Below, piece by piece: positions 10,157 through 20,256 of a DNA stretch of 64,000 nucleotides. Below the pieces are notes generated by a model that was not told the origin of the DNA, did not search any database, and worked only from the letters and a program-made list of their open reading frames with translations. A program made the translations under genes and the position numbers. The stretch spans positions 1,815 to 65,814 of the forward strand of contig CALVZF010000001.1 of NCBI GenBank assembly GCA_944372455.1, written 5' to 3'. This DNA is from an uncultured Bacilli bacterium (GTDB taxonomy: Bacteria > Bacillota_I > Bacilli_A > RF39 > UBA660). How positions within the stretch are numbered: the first letter of the stretch is position 1; each line of letters begins with the position of its first letter.

Positions 10157-10782
10157 TAGAGCAAATTGAAAATTATTTGGATACTTTATATCCAAATCCT
10201 AAATGTGAATTGAATTATAATAAAGATTATGAATTACTTATCGCAGTAGTTTTAAGTGCTCAAACTACTGATAAAAGAGTTAATAAGGTAACAGAAATAT
10301 TATTTAAAAAATATCCTTCTTTAAAAGCTTTAAAAGAGGCTAATTTAAAGGATATTCAAAATATTATAAAAGAGATTGGAACATATAGAAAAAAGGCTGT
10401 ATTTGTAAAAGAAATAGCTAAAAGACTGGATGAAGAATGTGGAGGAATAGTTCCTAATGATAGGAAGTTACTAGAAAGTTTTAGTGGAGTAGGAAGAAAA
10501 ACTTGCAACGTAGTATTAAGTAATATATATAATGTTCCTGCTATAGCTGTGGATACCCATGTTTCAAGAGTAAGTAAAAGATTAGGATTAGCTAAAAAAG
10601 ATGATGATGTATCTACAATAGAAAAGAAATTAATGAAAAAAGTTGATAAAAATAACTGGAGTAAATTTCATCATCAAATGGTATTATTTGGAAGATATAA
10701 CTGTAAAGCCAAAGGTCCTGATTGTACTAAATGTAAGTTATATGATATTTGTAAAGAAGAAAATGAAAAAAGAAAAAAATAA
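10153..10782 (+). CDS. nth: endonuclease III (DNA glycosylase/AP lyase)
   Basis: HhH-GPD motif (LESFSGVGRKTCNVVL...AVDTHV) and 4Fe-4S cluster loop C-x6-C-x2-C-x5-C (CKAKGPDCTKCKLYDIC). Confidence 0.9.
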   Translation: MIEQIENYLDTLYPNPKCELNYNKDYELLIAVVLSAQTTDKRVNKVTEILFKKYPSLKALKEANLKDIQNIIKEIGTYRKKAVFVKEIAKRLDEECGGIVPNDRKLLESFSGVGRKTCNVVLSNIYNVPAIAVDTHVSRVSKRLGLAKKDDDVSTIEKKLMKKVDKNNWSKFHHQMVLFGRYNCKAKGPDCTKCKLYDICKEENEKRKK

Positions 10783-10806
10783 TGGTTTAGTAGCCATTAT
10801 TTTTTA

Positions 10807-13632
10807 CTATTCTGTTGTAGGAGGGTTACTATTATCAACAACATTAACTGTTCTGGTTAATTTTTTTGTTTGATCTTTATAACTTACTTTGTATGTAATT
10901 GTGTAACTACCTGCAACACTAGTATCAAGAGTTTCAGGAGTCTTAACTATAGTTGCTTTACTAGATACATCATCGTTTCCTTCTAGAACAAATATTCCTG
11001 GATCATTAAATGTTTCTCCTACATTTAAAGTTATTACTTCATCTCCATTTAATTTAAATATTATTGGCTCAGTTTCAATAGTTTCAGTTAAATCTACTGA
11101 AGTACTAACTCCATTACTTTCAATACCATCTATATTTGAATAACTTGTTTTAACTACAAAAGTATATTTTTTATTTTCGTTTAAAGTAATTTTATAGCTT
11201 GTAGCATCTGTAGTTCCAATTTTGGTACCATCTTGATAAATTGAATAAGTTGGTAATCCACTTGTATCAGGCATAATAGGTGCGGTCCAACTAAGAGTAA
11301 CTGTTTGACCATTAACTTTAGCACTTAATCCTGAAACATCTGGAATTTTCATATTAGTATTATCTGTTTCAGTAGGTTCAGTTCCTTTTTTAAAGTATTC
11401 GTATAATACTTGATCTGATGGAGTATAATCACTAGCAAGTTTTAATGGATCTGATCCACGTACCACTTTAACTTTTACAACACTATCTGGTGCTTTAAAT
11501 GTTTTACCTGTTTTTTCAAATATTCCTCTTGCAATTGCATTCCATAATGCAGTTCTATCTGACCAGTTAGCAGTAGTAAAATAATGATCACTGTAAATTT
11601 TTTCATATCCAAACCACATACCAATTGCATATTCTTGATCATACCCAACTTCCCATAAATCATTAATTGCAGTTGATTTTAAACCATGTGCGGCTTTTGT
11701 TTCTTCATCAAAATTTGAAGTTCCGGTTTTAGCAGCATATTGAACACCAGATATTCTACCACCACCGATGTTACCACTATTAATTCCGTTATTTAAGATA
11801 TCAGTAATCATAAATGCAGTAGAATCTGACATTGCTCTAGTTTTTTTAGGAGTGAAAGTTTCTTCACTTCCATCTTCATCATAAATAATTTTAGTTACAG
11901 AATAAGGTTCTATATAATATCCACCATTTCCGAAAGCCGCATAAGCAGCTGCCATTTGAAGAGGGTTACAACCTGTAAAAGCTCCAAGCGCATGTGCCTC
12001 ATGCAAATCTTCTTCTGGAGTAATTCCAAGTCCTTCTACGAATTCTCTAATTTTTTTCTTATCATTTTGTTGAAAAGCTTTAACTGCTGGAATATTTCTA
12101 GATGTAGCTAATGCTTGCCTCATAGTTAAAGTTCCTCTATACGTTCCATCTGAATTTCTAATTGGCGTTCCATCACTATATGTGTAAGGTTCATCTACAA
12201 ATGTTTTAGCTGGACTCCATCCTTCGTATTCTAAACCTGGTCCATAGTCAAATAATGGTTTTGCAGTAGATCCTATTTGTCTTTTTATCATTGTCGCATT
12301 ATTTAAGGTTTTAGCACCTACCTTATTTCTACCGCCACCAATAGCTACTATAGCTCCAGTATTTATATCAGTAACTGCAATTCCTGCTTGAACTACGTCA
12401 TCTTTAAATTTATATATTTCTCCTGCTAGAATTTTTTCTATATAATCTTGTTTTTCTGGTATCAGAGTAGTATAAATTTGCATTGAAACATTATACGGAC
12501 TTTTTCCTGTTTTCTTTTCTACCTCACTTGTTACTATATCTAAATAAGCTTGATATTTATTTTTACTAGTAGCATTATTTGATAACATGTCTTCTATTTT
12601 TACTTCACTAGCAGCTTTTCTTTCTTCTTCAGTTATATATCCGTGTCTTTTCATTAAATATAAAACTGTATTTCTACGTTTTTCAGTATTTTCAGGGTTT
12701 ATTGTTGGATCATAGGTATTAGGTGCTTGAAACATTCCTGCAATCATTGCAGCTTCTGGTAAAGATAAATCTTTTACATCTTTTCCAAAGTATGAACGGC
12801 TTGCTTGTTGTACACCGTAAGCACCATTTCCCAAATAAGGAATATTAACATAGAATTCCATAATTTCTTCTTTGGTGTATTGTTTTTCTAGTTTAAATAC
12901 AGCTAAATATATATCTGTAAACTTTCTAGTTAAAGTTTGTTTTTTACTTGTAAATCTATTTTTTACAATTTGCATTGATAGAGTAGATGCACCACCACCA
13001 TCTTTTCCCATTAATTGTTTAATTGTCGCTACTGTAAATCTTCCAAAGTCAACTCCATTATGTTTAAAGAAGTTAGCATCTTCGGTAGCTAAAATCGCAT
13101 CAATTAGAATTTGTGGTAATTCATCGTAAGATACTTTTTCACGTTTTTCCAAACCTAATTCAGCAATAATGTTATTATTACTATCATATACCACACTTTT
13201 TTCTTTAGAATAAAGTTTTTCTGCATCAAAAGAAGGAGCATTTAAAACTATATATCCCATAAATCCTGCCATAATAACTAATCCGGCAAAAATAATAATT
13301 AAAAAAGCTAATAAGACATTGTTTAATTTTTTTCGTTTTTTAGGTTTTTTCTCTTTTGAAATTTTTTCTTTTTTTGCATCATTAATTGTCGTGATTTCAA
13401 TAGTATCACTTTTATTTTTTCCCTTTTTAATTCTTTTCATTATATCATCTCCATATTCGTATATTACATATATTGACGCTATTACTAATAAAAGTAAAAC
13501 TGTTTTAATTATACCAATTACAAATATTCCAATTATTAATATTAAAAAACTTAGGAAAAATATCGGTATTAAATCTTCTTTTCCTTTGAAAAAGTTTTTA
13601 ATTTTTGATATTAAATTTTTCATTAAATTCAC
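10807..13632 (-). CDS. ponA: class A penicillin-binding protein 1A (transglycosylase + transpeptidase, C-terminal Ig/Fn3-like repeats)
   Basis: GT51 motifs (EDANFFKHNGVD, RQIGSTAKP), transpeptidase SxxK/SxN/KTG (AKTGTS). True start may be the internal MKRIKKGK near 13437, which gives a single TM. Confidence 0.9.
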   Translation of the reverse strand: MNLMKNLISKIKNFFKGKEDLIPIFFLSFLILIIGIFVIGIIKTVLLLLVIASIYVIYEYGDDIMKRIKKGKNKSDTIEITTINDAKKEKISKEKKPKKRKKLNNVLLAFLIIIFAGLVIMAGFMGYIVLNAPSFDAEKLYSKEKSVVYDSNNNIIAELGLEKREKVSYDELPQILIDAILATEDANFFKHNGVDFGRFTVATIKQLMGKDGGGASTLSMQIVKNRFTSKKQTLTRKFTDIYLAVFKLEKQYTKEEIMEFYVNIPYLGNGAYGVQQASRSYFGKDVKDLSLPEAAMIAGMFQAPNTYDPTINPENTEKRRNTVLYLMKRHGYITEEERKAASEVKIEDMLSNNATSKNKYQAYLDIVTSEVEKKTGKSPYNVSMQIYTTLIPEKQDYIEKILAGEIYKFKDDVVQAGIAVTDINTGAIVAIGGGRNKVGAKTLNNATMIKRQIGSTAKPLFDYGPGLEYEGWSPAKTFVDEPYTYSDGTPIRNSDGTYRGTLTMRQALATSRNIPAVKAFQQNDKKKIREFVEGLGITPEEDLHEAHALGAFTGCNPLQMAAAYAAFGNGGYYIEPYSVTKIIYDEDGSEETFTPKKTRAMSDSTAFMITDILNNGINSGNIGGGRISGVQYAAKTGTSNFDEETKAAHGLKSTAINDLWEVGYDQEYAIGMWFGYEKIYSDHYFTTANWSDRTALWNAIARGIFEKTGKTFKAPDSVVKVKVVRGSDPLKLASDYTPSDQVLYEYFKKGTEPTETDNTNMKIPDVSGLSAKVNGQTVTLSWTAPIMPDTSGLPTYSIYQDGTKIGTTDATSYKITLNENKKYTFVVKTSYSNIDGIESNGVSTSVDLTETIETEPIIFKLNGDEVITLNVGETFNDPGIFVLEGNDDVSSKATIVKTPETLDTSVAGSYTITYKVSYKDQTKKLTRTVNVVDNSNPPTTE

Positions 13633-14200
13633 CTCTATACAAATTATCTACTACTTTTAAATAGTCAATTCTTGGTTGAAATTTATAATCTAATATAGTT
13701 GCTTTTTCTTCAAAATAAGAAATTGGGATTGATTTTCTGCTTCTTTCTTCTATAAAAGCTATTAAATCTTCACCCTTTAAAAGAAATAATTTATTTAAAG
13801 TTGTAAAACTTACTATGATAAATCCAATCCCTCCATGTTTTATTATAGCATTTAAATGAGCTATTTGATGTTTATGTATATTTGAAAGTGGAAATGAAGT
13901 TTTATTTTTAGTTTCTTTAGCTTCAAAATCTATATATTTACCTTTATAAATTCCATTATAATCTGTAGTTGATGGAATTTTATAATGTGCTTCTGTTATT
14001 ACTGCATCTATTCTTGATGGATAATCTACTTTATTGACAGTTATAGGAGTAGGTTTCTTATGTATAACTGCTATATCGTTATCTAAATAGTATTTATTAG
14101 TAACATTTATATCTGTTTCTAAATTCATCCCACGATTTCCATAGTATACATCTTTTTTTATAGATTTTTTAATTCCAGCTGGGTACTTCATTTTGCTCAC
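13598..14200 (-). CDS. recU: Holliday-junction resolvase RecU
   Basis: Near-colinear with B. subtilis RecU ([52 protein letters not shown]). Confidence 0.9.
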   Translation of the reverse strand: [200 protein letters not shown]

Positions 14201-14496
14201 CTGTGATAGTATTATACTACAAAATTATCTAAAGTTCTATAATTATAATACAAAAATATTTTAATAGTTCTGTAATAACATTATTTGACAACTATTGTCG
14301 AAACAGATGATTATTTTTTATAAAAATGTTAGTTTAGATGTGGAGATGATAATTTATGAATACTTTATATATTGAAGTTATGTTTGATGAGTTAATAGAA
14401 AGGGTAGAAGATACTAAACTTAGATCTTATATTTTAAAGAAATTTTGATATTTTCAAATGAAGGTGTTATAATAACTAACACAAAGGGATGGTTAT

Positions 14497-15303
14497 ATGG
14501 TTACAGTAGATATAATTAGTGATCAAGCAAATAGAAGAGTGAAAAAAGATATTGAAAAAAATGATTTGGATGCTAATATTATAGAAGGTTTAAACAGAGA
14601 AGAAATTGTTGAGTTTATAGATAATAGTCATAGTAATTACATTTTATTTTTAGATAAAAAAGATAGTATTAGTAATAGTTTATTAGATAAATTATGTAGT
14701 GTGGCAAAAGGCGGGATAGATAAAAGTATTATTTCTCCTAATTTTAATCGTAGATTGCAAATAAATGGGAAACTTATTCCTACTTTTTGGTTACAACAAT
14801 ATTTACTTCACAATAAAATTTTACGTTATGATTCAACAGATATGTATCCATTTTTATATGAAAGTCCTGAAATAAAATGTAATAGTGTTTCTTTTTGTCA
14901 AAATAGATATATAAAGTTTGAAGAAGCTCATAAAAATCTTTTAACGTCTATTCAAAAATTAGAAGAATTACAAAAATTATTACAAGCTAAACAAATATAT
15001 AATGAAAAAGAATTCAAAAGTATATATTTAGATGAATTAATTTTTAGATATAAACAATATAGAAATAGTTCTTCATTTCTTTTTAAACCTATACATGCTA
15101 ATGAAAATATTTTAGAAATTTTATATGCTATCATAAATGTTAAATTTGGCGATGTAAAAGAATTTGGATTTAAAATGAAAATTGATGAAGATCCTAATTT
15201 GCAATTTGATTTTGAAATAATAGATGATAATGCAGTAAAAGAAATTATTAACAAGTTAGATGTGAAAACTAAAATGCTTGTTTTAAATAAGGTACTCAAA
15301 TAA
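14497..15303 (+). CDS. hypothetical protein
   Basis: 268 aa ORF with no recognisable domain. Confidence 0.3.
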   Translation: MVTVDIISDQANRRVKKDIEKNDLDANIIEGLNREEIVEFIDNSHSNYILFLDKKDSISNSLLDKLCSVAKGGIDKSIISPNFNRRLQINGKLIPTFWLQQYLLHNKILRYDSTDMYPFLYESPEIKCNSVSFCQNRYIKFEEAHKNLLTSIQKLEELQKLLQAKQIYNEKEFKSIYLDELIFRYKQYRNSSSFLFKPIHANENILEILYAIINVKFGDVKEFGFKMKIDEDPNLQFDFEIIDDNAVKEIINKLDVKTKMLVLNKVLK

Positions 15304-15423
15304 TTAATTTTTAATTCTTCCTTGACTAAATAATGCTTTACATATTACAATAGATATATACGTTAAAATATATTTATTATTATTAACATATATATTGATT
15401 ATTTAGGATGGAGGAATTTTTGT

Positions 15424-16977
15424 ATGGATAAAATTTTATTCTCCATTTTACTTGTTATTGTTGGTGTTTTTCTTGGAATTATTGTAACAATTATTATTAA
15501 TTATATAAGAGGAAATAAAGCTTCAAAGAAAGCTGAAAAAATTATTGTTGATGCTAAGAAAGAAGCAGACAAATCTAAAAGAGATGCAATTTTAGAATCA
15601 AAAGAAGAAATTTATAGATTAAAGCAAGATGCAGATAAAGAAATAAAAGAGCGTAAAAATGAAATAAAAAATAGTGAGGATAGACTTTTACAACGTGAAG
15701 AAAATATTGACAAAAGAGATCAAGCTTTACAAAATAGGGAAAAACTTTTAGATGAAAGAGATAATAATTTATTACAAAAACAAAAAGAAATTCAAGATAA
15801 GGAAGTAAATTTGGAAGAATTACAAAAACAACAATTAGAAGTATTAGAACGTATTTCTGGTTATTCAAAAGATAAAGCTAGAAATGAAATTATGAAAAAA
15901 GTAGAAGATTCTATGGGATTAGAGATTGCAGAATATATTAAAGAACGTGAATCTGAAGCTAAATTAGAAGCAGATAGAAAAGCTAAAAATTTATTAGTTA
16001 TGAGTATGCAAAAGTATGCTTCTGATATTACAAATGAACAAACAGTTACTGTAGTTAATTTACCAAATGATGAAATGAAAGGTAGAATAATCGGTAGAGA
16101 AGGTAGAAATATTAGAACAATTGAAGCAGTTACAGGAGTTGATTTAATTATTGATGATACTCCAGAAGCAATTGTTTTATCTAGTTTTGATCCTTTAAGA
16201 AGAGAAATTGCTAGAGTTACTATCGAAACTTTAATTAAGGATGGTAGAATTCATCCAACTAGAATTGAAGAATTATATGATAAAACTTGTAAGGATATAA
16301 ATGCCAGAATTACTGAAATAGGTGAAGGTGCTTTATTTAAGTTAGGTATTACAAAGGTGGATTCTGAATTAGTTCATATATTAGGAAAACTTTATTTTAG
16401 GACTAGTTATGGACAAAATGCATTACAACATTCAATAGAAGTAGCTAATCTTGCTGGAATAATGGCTGCAGAAATTGGTGAAAATGTTTTACTTGCTAAA
16501 CGTGCTGGTTTATTACACGACATTGGTAAAGCAATTGACTTTGAAATTGAAGGAAGTCATGTGGAAATTGGTGCGGATTTAGCTAAGAAATATAAAGAAG
16601 ATGAGGTAGTAATTAATGCTATTGAATCTCATCATGGGGATAAAGAACAAACTAGTATTATTTCTTCATTGGTAATGATTGCTGATGCTTTATCAGCTGC
16701 TAGACCTGGTGCACGTAACGATTCTTTTGAAAATTATGTTAAACGTGTAAAACAATTGGAAGAAGTAGCCAAAGATATTGAGGGTGTAGATAAAAGTTAT
16801 GCTCTTCAAGCAGGTAGAGAACTTAGAGTTATAGTTAAACCAGAAAAAATTGATGATTTAACTAGTTATAAGATTGCTCGCGATATTAAAGAAAAGATTG
16901 AAAAAGAAATGAAATATCCGGGTACAATTAAAATAACTGTTGTACGAGAAACAAGGGCAGTAGAAGAAGCTAAGTAA
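15424..16977 (+). CDS. rny: ribonuclease Y
   Basis: N-terminal TM, coiled coil, KH domain ([26 protein letters not shown]), HD domain (LLHDIGKA). Confidence 0.9.
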   Translation: MDKILFSILLVIVGVFLGIIVTIIINYIRGNKASKKAEKIIVDAKKEADKSKRDAILESKEEIYRLKQDADKEIKERKNEIKNSEDRLLQREENIDKRDQALQNREKLLDERDNNLLQKQKEIQDKEVNLEELQKQQLEVLERISGYSKDKARNEIMKKVEDSMGLEIAEYIKERESEAKLEADRKAKNLLVMSMQKYASDITNEQTVTVVNLPNDEMKGRIIGREGRNIRTIEAVTGVDLIIDDTPEAIVLSSFDPLRREIARVTIETLIKDGRIHPTRIEELYDKTCKDINARITEIGEGALFKLGITKVDSELVHILGKLYFRTSYGQNALQHSIEVANLAGIMAAEIGENVLLAKRAGLLHDIGKAIDFEIEGSHVEIGADLAKKYKEDEVVINAIESHHGDKEQTSIISSLVMIADALSAARPGARNDSFENYVKRVKQLEEVAKDIEGVDKSYALQAGRELRVIVKPEKIDDLTSYKIARDIKEKIEKEMKYPGTIKITVVRETRAVEEAK

Positions 16978-17117
16978 TATTTGGGTTATTGACATATAAT
17001 GTGTTAATAATCTTTTTATTTGTAAAAATTATCATTTTAACTTTTTTTTACTTGAAAATGCTTTTTATATATAATATAATTTAAATAGTATTAAAGTAGA
17101 GAATGGTGGGATTTCCA

Positions 17118-18956
17118 ATGACTAATAAAAGTGGTTTTTTTGGAATAAGAGAAATATATGCTTCATTTATATTAGTAGCTACTATGATATTTGTTTCCAT
17201 TTTTTCTTCAATGGCTGTATTTCAAAAGACAGTAGAAAAAGTAGGAGTTGCTTCATTAGTTGCTAATAATGTTAATCAAGTTTTATCTTCAACTGAAAGC
17301 TCATTTGTTTTATCAACAGATAAAACTTATGGAACTATTTTGGTTTCTTCTGGTAGTAGTAAATTTTTTGATATTACTATTACTAACGATAAAAATATAA
17401 ATACAAAGTATAAACTTTATTATAGGTTTACTTCTGGAGTTACAGTTTTGGATGTAGAGGTTGGTGTTTCTGATCAAAGTTTGAATAGTTCAAGTGCTAG
17501 TTTAAATAAATCTGGAAATGATGGTAATTCAAAAGTAGTTAGAGTTGGTATAAGAAATACTTCTAATCAAGATGTATCTATAGATATTGGTTCTCAAGGT
17601 GGATATGAAAATAATGAAGTTATATTACTTTCTGGAAGAAATGAAATGGGTACAATTTTAGAAAGTTATAAAGATAGTAGTGGAGCAAATTCACCAAAAT
17701 TAGCAAGCGGAATGATACCTGTAATTTATGATTCTGATAATGATAAATGGTTAAAAGCAGATGTTACAAGCGAGTGGTATGATTATGATAATCAATGGTG
17801 GGCTAATGCAGTAACAGTAACAAGTGATACTAGATCTACTTATCAAAGTGCTAGTCCATTAACTGAAATAAGTATGGATGATATCAATACTATGTGGGTA
17901 TGGATTCCAAGGTACAAATATAAAATTCCATGTGATATAGGTAGTAGTTCATCAATTGCTAGTCCACCAGAAATAGATGTAATATTTGAAAATGGTGTAG
18001 ATACCACGGGAGAAGAATTAGCAGATTGTCCAATAACATCAACAAGTTGTTATTATACTCATCCAGCATTTAGAGATGGAAGTAGTGTATATAAAACAAT
18101 AGCTTACGATCAAGGAGGTTGGGATAAAGAATTAGAAGGAATATGGGTAGGAAAATTTGAAATGGGCGGTAATAATACAACCCCAATAATAAAACCTAAT
18201 GAAATAACACTAAAAATTCAAGATGTAAGTACTCAATTTGATACATCATTAAAGTTTGCCGGTGGATCAAGAAATACAAGTAACGGAGCAATAACATTTT
18301 CAGGAAATAATATATATGGATTAACAAGTAGTACTGATACCCATATGATGAAAAATACTGAGTGGGGAGCAGTGGCTTACCTTTCGCAAAGTAAATATGG
18401 AAAGATGGGAAATTCAAATTATAGTGGGACAGATAAAGAAATTTATAAAAATAATAGTAGTACATATACAGGAAGAAGTAGCGGAAGTCCAAATGGTTCA
18501 GCTAATATTTATTCTTATAATGATACTATTTGTTCTGATACTTCCTGTGATGGGTCCAAGGTATTAAATAAAGGTACGGGGGCAAGTACTACAGGAACTA
18601 TATATGGTATTTATGATATGCACGGGGGAGCAAATGAATATATAATGAGTAACTGGGAAAATGATGTAAACATATCTGGATTTGATACAAATAATTTACC
18701 TGGGGGAAGTAATGGAAGCAAATATTACGAAAAATACACAGGATCTAATTCATCAATTGATGTAAATAATGCAATAAAAGGAGACGCAACATATGAGGTA
18801 AATAACTGGTATTTTGATTATAAGATAGATTCTGTCATTATTAGTTGGATTAATCGTGGATCAGGCTATGATGATAGCGATGGAGGAATTTTTGCATACG
18901 GTTCTTATGATGGTTATTCTGGTATAAATTCTACTCATGTAGTCTTGATTCCGTAA
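17118..18956 (+). CDS. membrane-anchored protein with FGE-sulfatase (SUMF1/EgtB/PvdO)-like domain
   Basis: N-terminal hydrophobic segment (possible degenerate pilin-like signal G-FFGIRE). C-terminal motifs resemble the FGE family (TEWGAVAYLSQSKYG; GIYDMHGGANEY vs YDMSGNVWEW). Confidence 0.4.
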   Translation: MTNKSGFFGIREIYASFILVATMIFVSIFSSMAVFQKTVEKVGVASLVANNVNQVLSSTESSFVLSTDKTYGTILVSSGSSKFFDITITNDKNINTKYKLYYRFTSGVTVLDVEVGVSDQSLNSSSASLNKSGNDGNSKVVRVGIRNTSNQDVSIDIGSQGGYENNEVILLSGRNEMGTILESYKDSSGANSPKLASGMIPVIYDSDNDKWLKADVTSEWYDYDNQWWANAVTVTSDTRSTYQSASPLTEISMDDINTMWVWIPRYKYKIPCDIGSSSSIASPPEIDVIFENGVDTTGEELADCPITSTSCYYTHPAFRDGSSVYKTIAYDQGGWDKELEGIWVGKFEMGGNNTTPIIKPNEITLKIQDVSTQFDTSLKFAGGSRNTSNGAITFSGNNIYGLTSSTDTHMMKNTEWGAVAYLSQSKYGKMGNSNYSGTDKEIYKNNSSTYTGRSSGSPNGSANIYSYNDTICSDTSCDGSKVLNKGTGASTTGTIYGIYDMHGGANEYIMSNWENDVNISGFDTNNLPGGSNGSKYYEKYTGSNSSIDVNNAIKGDATYEVNNWYFDYKIDSVIISWINRGSGYDDSDGGIFAYGSYDGYSGINSTHVVLIP

Positions 18957-19025
18957 AATTTTTGATAACAATCTACCGGTGACAACTGGTGGATTTGTTG
19001 TGACTCTGTTAAGTCATATAATAAG

Positions 19026-19060
19026 AAAAGATATCCTTTGTTTTTTTGGATATCTTTTTT
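19026..19060 (+). terminator. rho-independent terminator
   Basis: AAAAGATATCC-loop-GGATATCTTTT perfect 11 bp stem followed by a T-run. Confidence 0.6.
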
Positions 19061-19172
19061 AATAAAAGTATTTTTATTTGGCGTTACAATTATTAATTTT
19101 TATCTTTATAATGAGATTTATTATAATTGTTATAAAATCCACAATTATAATTAGTGGACTATTAATTTAAAA

Positions 19173-19790
19173 TTAGAATTTTCTATATAATCCTATAGCT
19201 TTTCCTAAAATAGTAACACTATCTAAAATTATAGGATTCATCGTGTCATTTTCTGGTTGTAATCTAAAATAACCTTTTTCTTTATAGTATGTTTTTAATG
19301 TTACCTCATTATCCTTTGTCATTGCAACCACTATATCTCCATTACGTGCAGTATTTTGTTTTTGTACTATTACTATATCCTTATCAAATATTCCTGCATT
19401 TATCATACTTTCTCCACTAACATTTAAAGTAAAAACTTCTTTTTGTTTAGGAATTAAAAATGCAGGTAAAGAAAAAAATTCATTTGGTCTTTCAATTGCT
19501 TCAATTGGACTTCCAGCGGTTACTTTTCCTAATAAAGGAACTTCTACTACTTCTTCATTTTTATTTTCGTATTCGTTTTCTACTAATAATTCTAAAGCTC
19601 TATTTTTTGAACTATCTTTTTTGATAAACCCCTTAGCTTCTAAGTTATTTAAATGCGAGTGAATTGTAGCAGGGGAAGAAAGTCCTAAAGCTTTACCAAT
19701 TTCTCTTACTGTTGGGGGATATCCATTAGATACTATAAATTCTTTTATATAATTTAAGATTTCTGTTTGTCTATCAGTTAATTTTTCCAT
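19173..19790 (-). CDS. lexA: LexA repressor
   Basis: wHTH N-terminus (LTDRQTEILNYIKEF...TVREIG), Ala-Gly cleavage site (VTAGSPIEA), S24 peptidase Ser/Lys motifs. Probable start MEKL at 19790. Confidence 0.9.
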   Translation of the reverse strand: MEKLTDRQTEILNYIKEFIVSNGYPPTVREIGKALGLSSPATIHSHLNNLEAKGFIKKDSSKNRALELLVENEYENKNEEVVEVPLLGKVTAGSPIEAIERPNEFFSLPAFLIPKQKEVFTLNVSGESMINAGIFDKDIVIVQKQNTARNGDIVVAMTKDNEVTLKTYYKEKGYFRLQPENDTMNPIILDSVTILGKAIGLYRKF

Positions 19791-19839
19791 TAGACCAACT
19801 CCTTTATGTATATATATTAACACACATTTACAATTTTGT

Positions 19840-19890
19840 CAAACAATTGTTCGCAAAACTCTTGACACGAACGTGTGTTCGGTATAGAAT
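19840..19890. promoter_or_regulatory. two LexA (Cheo/SOS) boxes in a divergent promoter region: CGAACGTGTGTTCG (19868-19881) and CAAACAATTGTTCG (19840-19853)
   Basis: Perfect CGAAC-N4-GTTCG palindrome lies in the 17 nt spacer between TTGACA (19862-67) and TAGAAT (19885-90). A second, one-mismatch box overlaps the likely lexA promoter. Confidence 0.7.
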
Positions 19891-19916
19891 ATTAAGTGTG
19901 AAGGGAAGTTGATAGT

Positions 19917-20069
19917 ATGTTAAATAATGTTTTGAAACAAAGAAAGGAATTATTTTTATTTTTATTAATGTTTATTCTATTTGCATATTTTGCTGTAATT
20001 CGTGTAGATCATTTAGAAAATGGATATATTAACCATGAAAATATTATAGAAATGGTGTATAATAAATGA
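19917..20069 (+). CDS. small membrane protein, putative SOS-induced gene (YneA-like position, no LysM)
   Basis: 50 aa ORF with one TM helix, immediately downstream of the Cheo-box promoter and divergent from lexA. Confidence 0.35.
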   Translation: MLNNVLKQRKELFLFLLMFILFAYFAVIRVDHLENGYINHENIIEMVYNK

Positions 20070-20245
20070 AAGAAAATGTTTTAAGATTTTTTAATGGTAA
20101 CATTTTAAGAAATAAAATCATGGTTAAACTTTGGGATGACAAACAACAAAAATGGTATTTTGAAGTTATTAATGTGAAAAAAGAAGAAGCTAATGCTATA
20201 ATTAGTTATGATGAATTATTAAATAGGAGTAAGCATAAGAAATAA
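20066..20245 (+). CDS. small hypothetical protein
   Basis: 59 aa ORF whose start overlaps the stop of the previous ORF (ATGA). Confidence 0.3.
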   Translation: MKENVLRFFNGNILRNKIMVKLWDDKQQKWYFEVINVKKEEANAIISYDELLNRSKHKK

Positions 20246-20256
20246 GAGGCGGTAGT

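Noticed and set aside
10643-10873. 76 aa + strand ORF overlapping the 3' end of nth and the 3' end of ponA
   Set aside because: It is out of frame within nth and has no RBS; an artefact of ORF calling.
13319-13660. 113 aa + strand ORF across the ponA/recU junction
   Set aside because: It is antisense to the N-terminal TM region of PBP1A and recU. It is hydrophobic mirror-frame noise.
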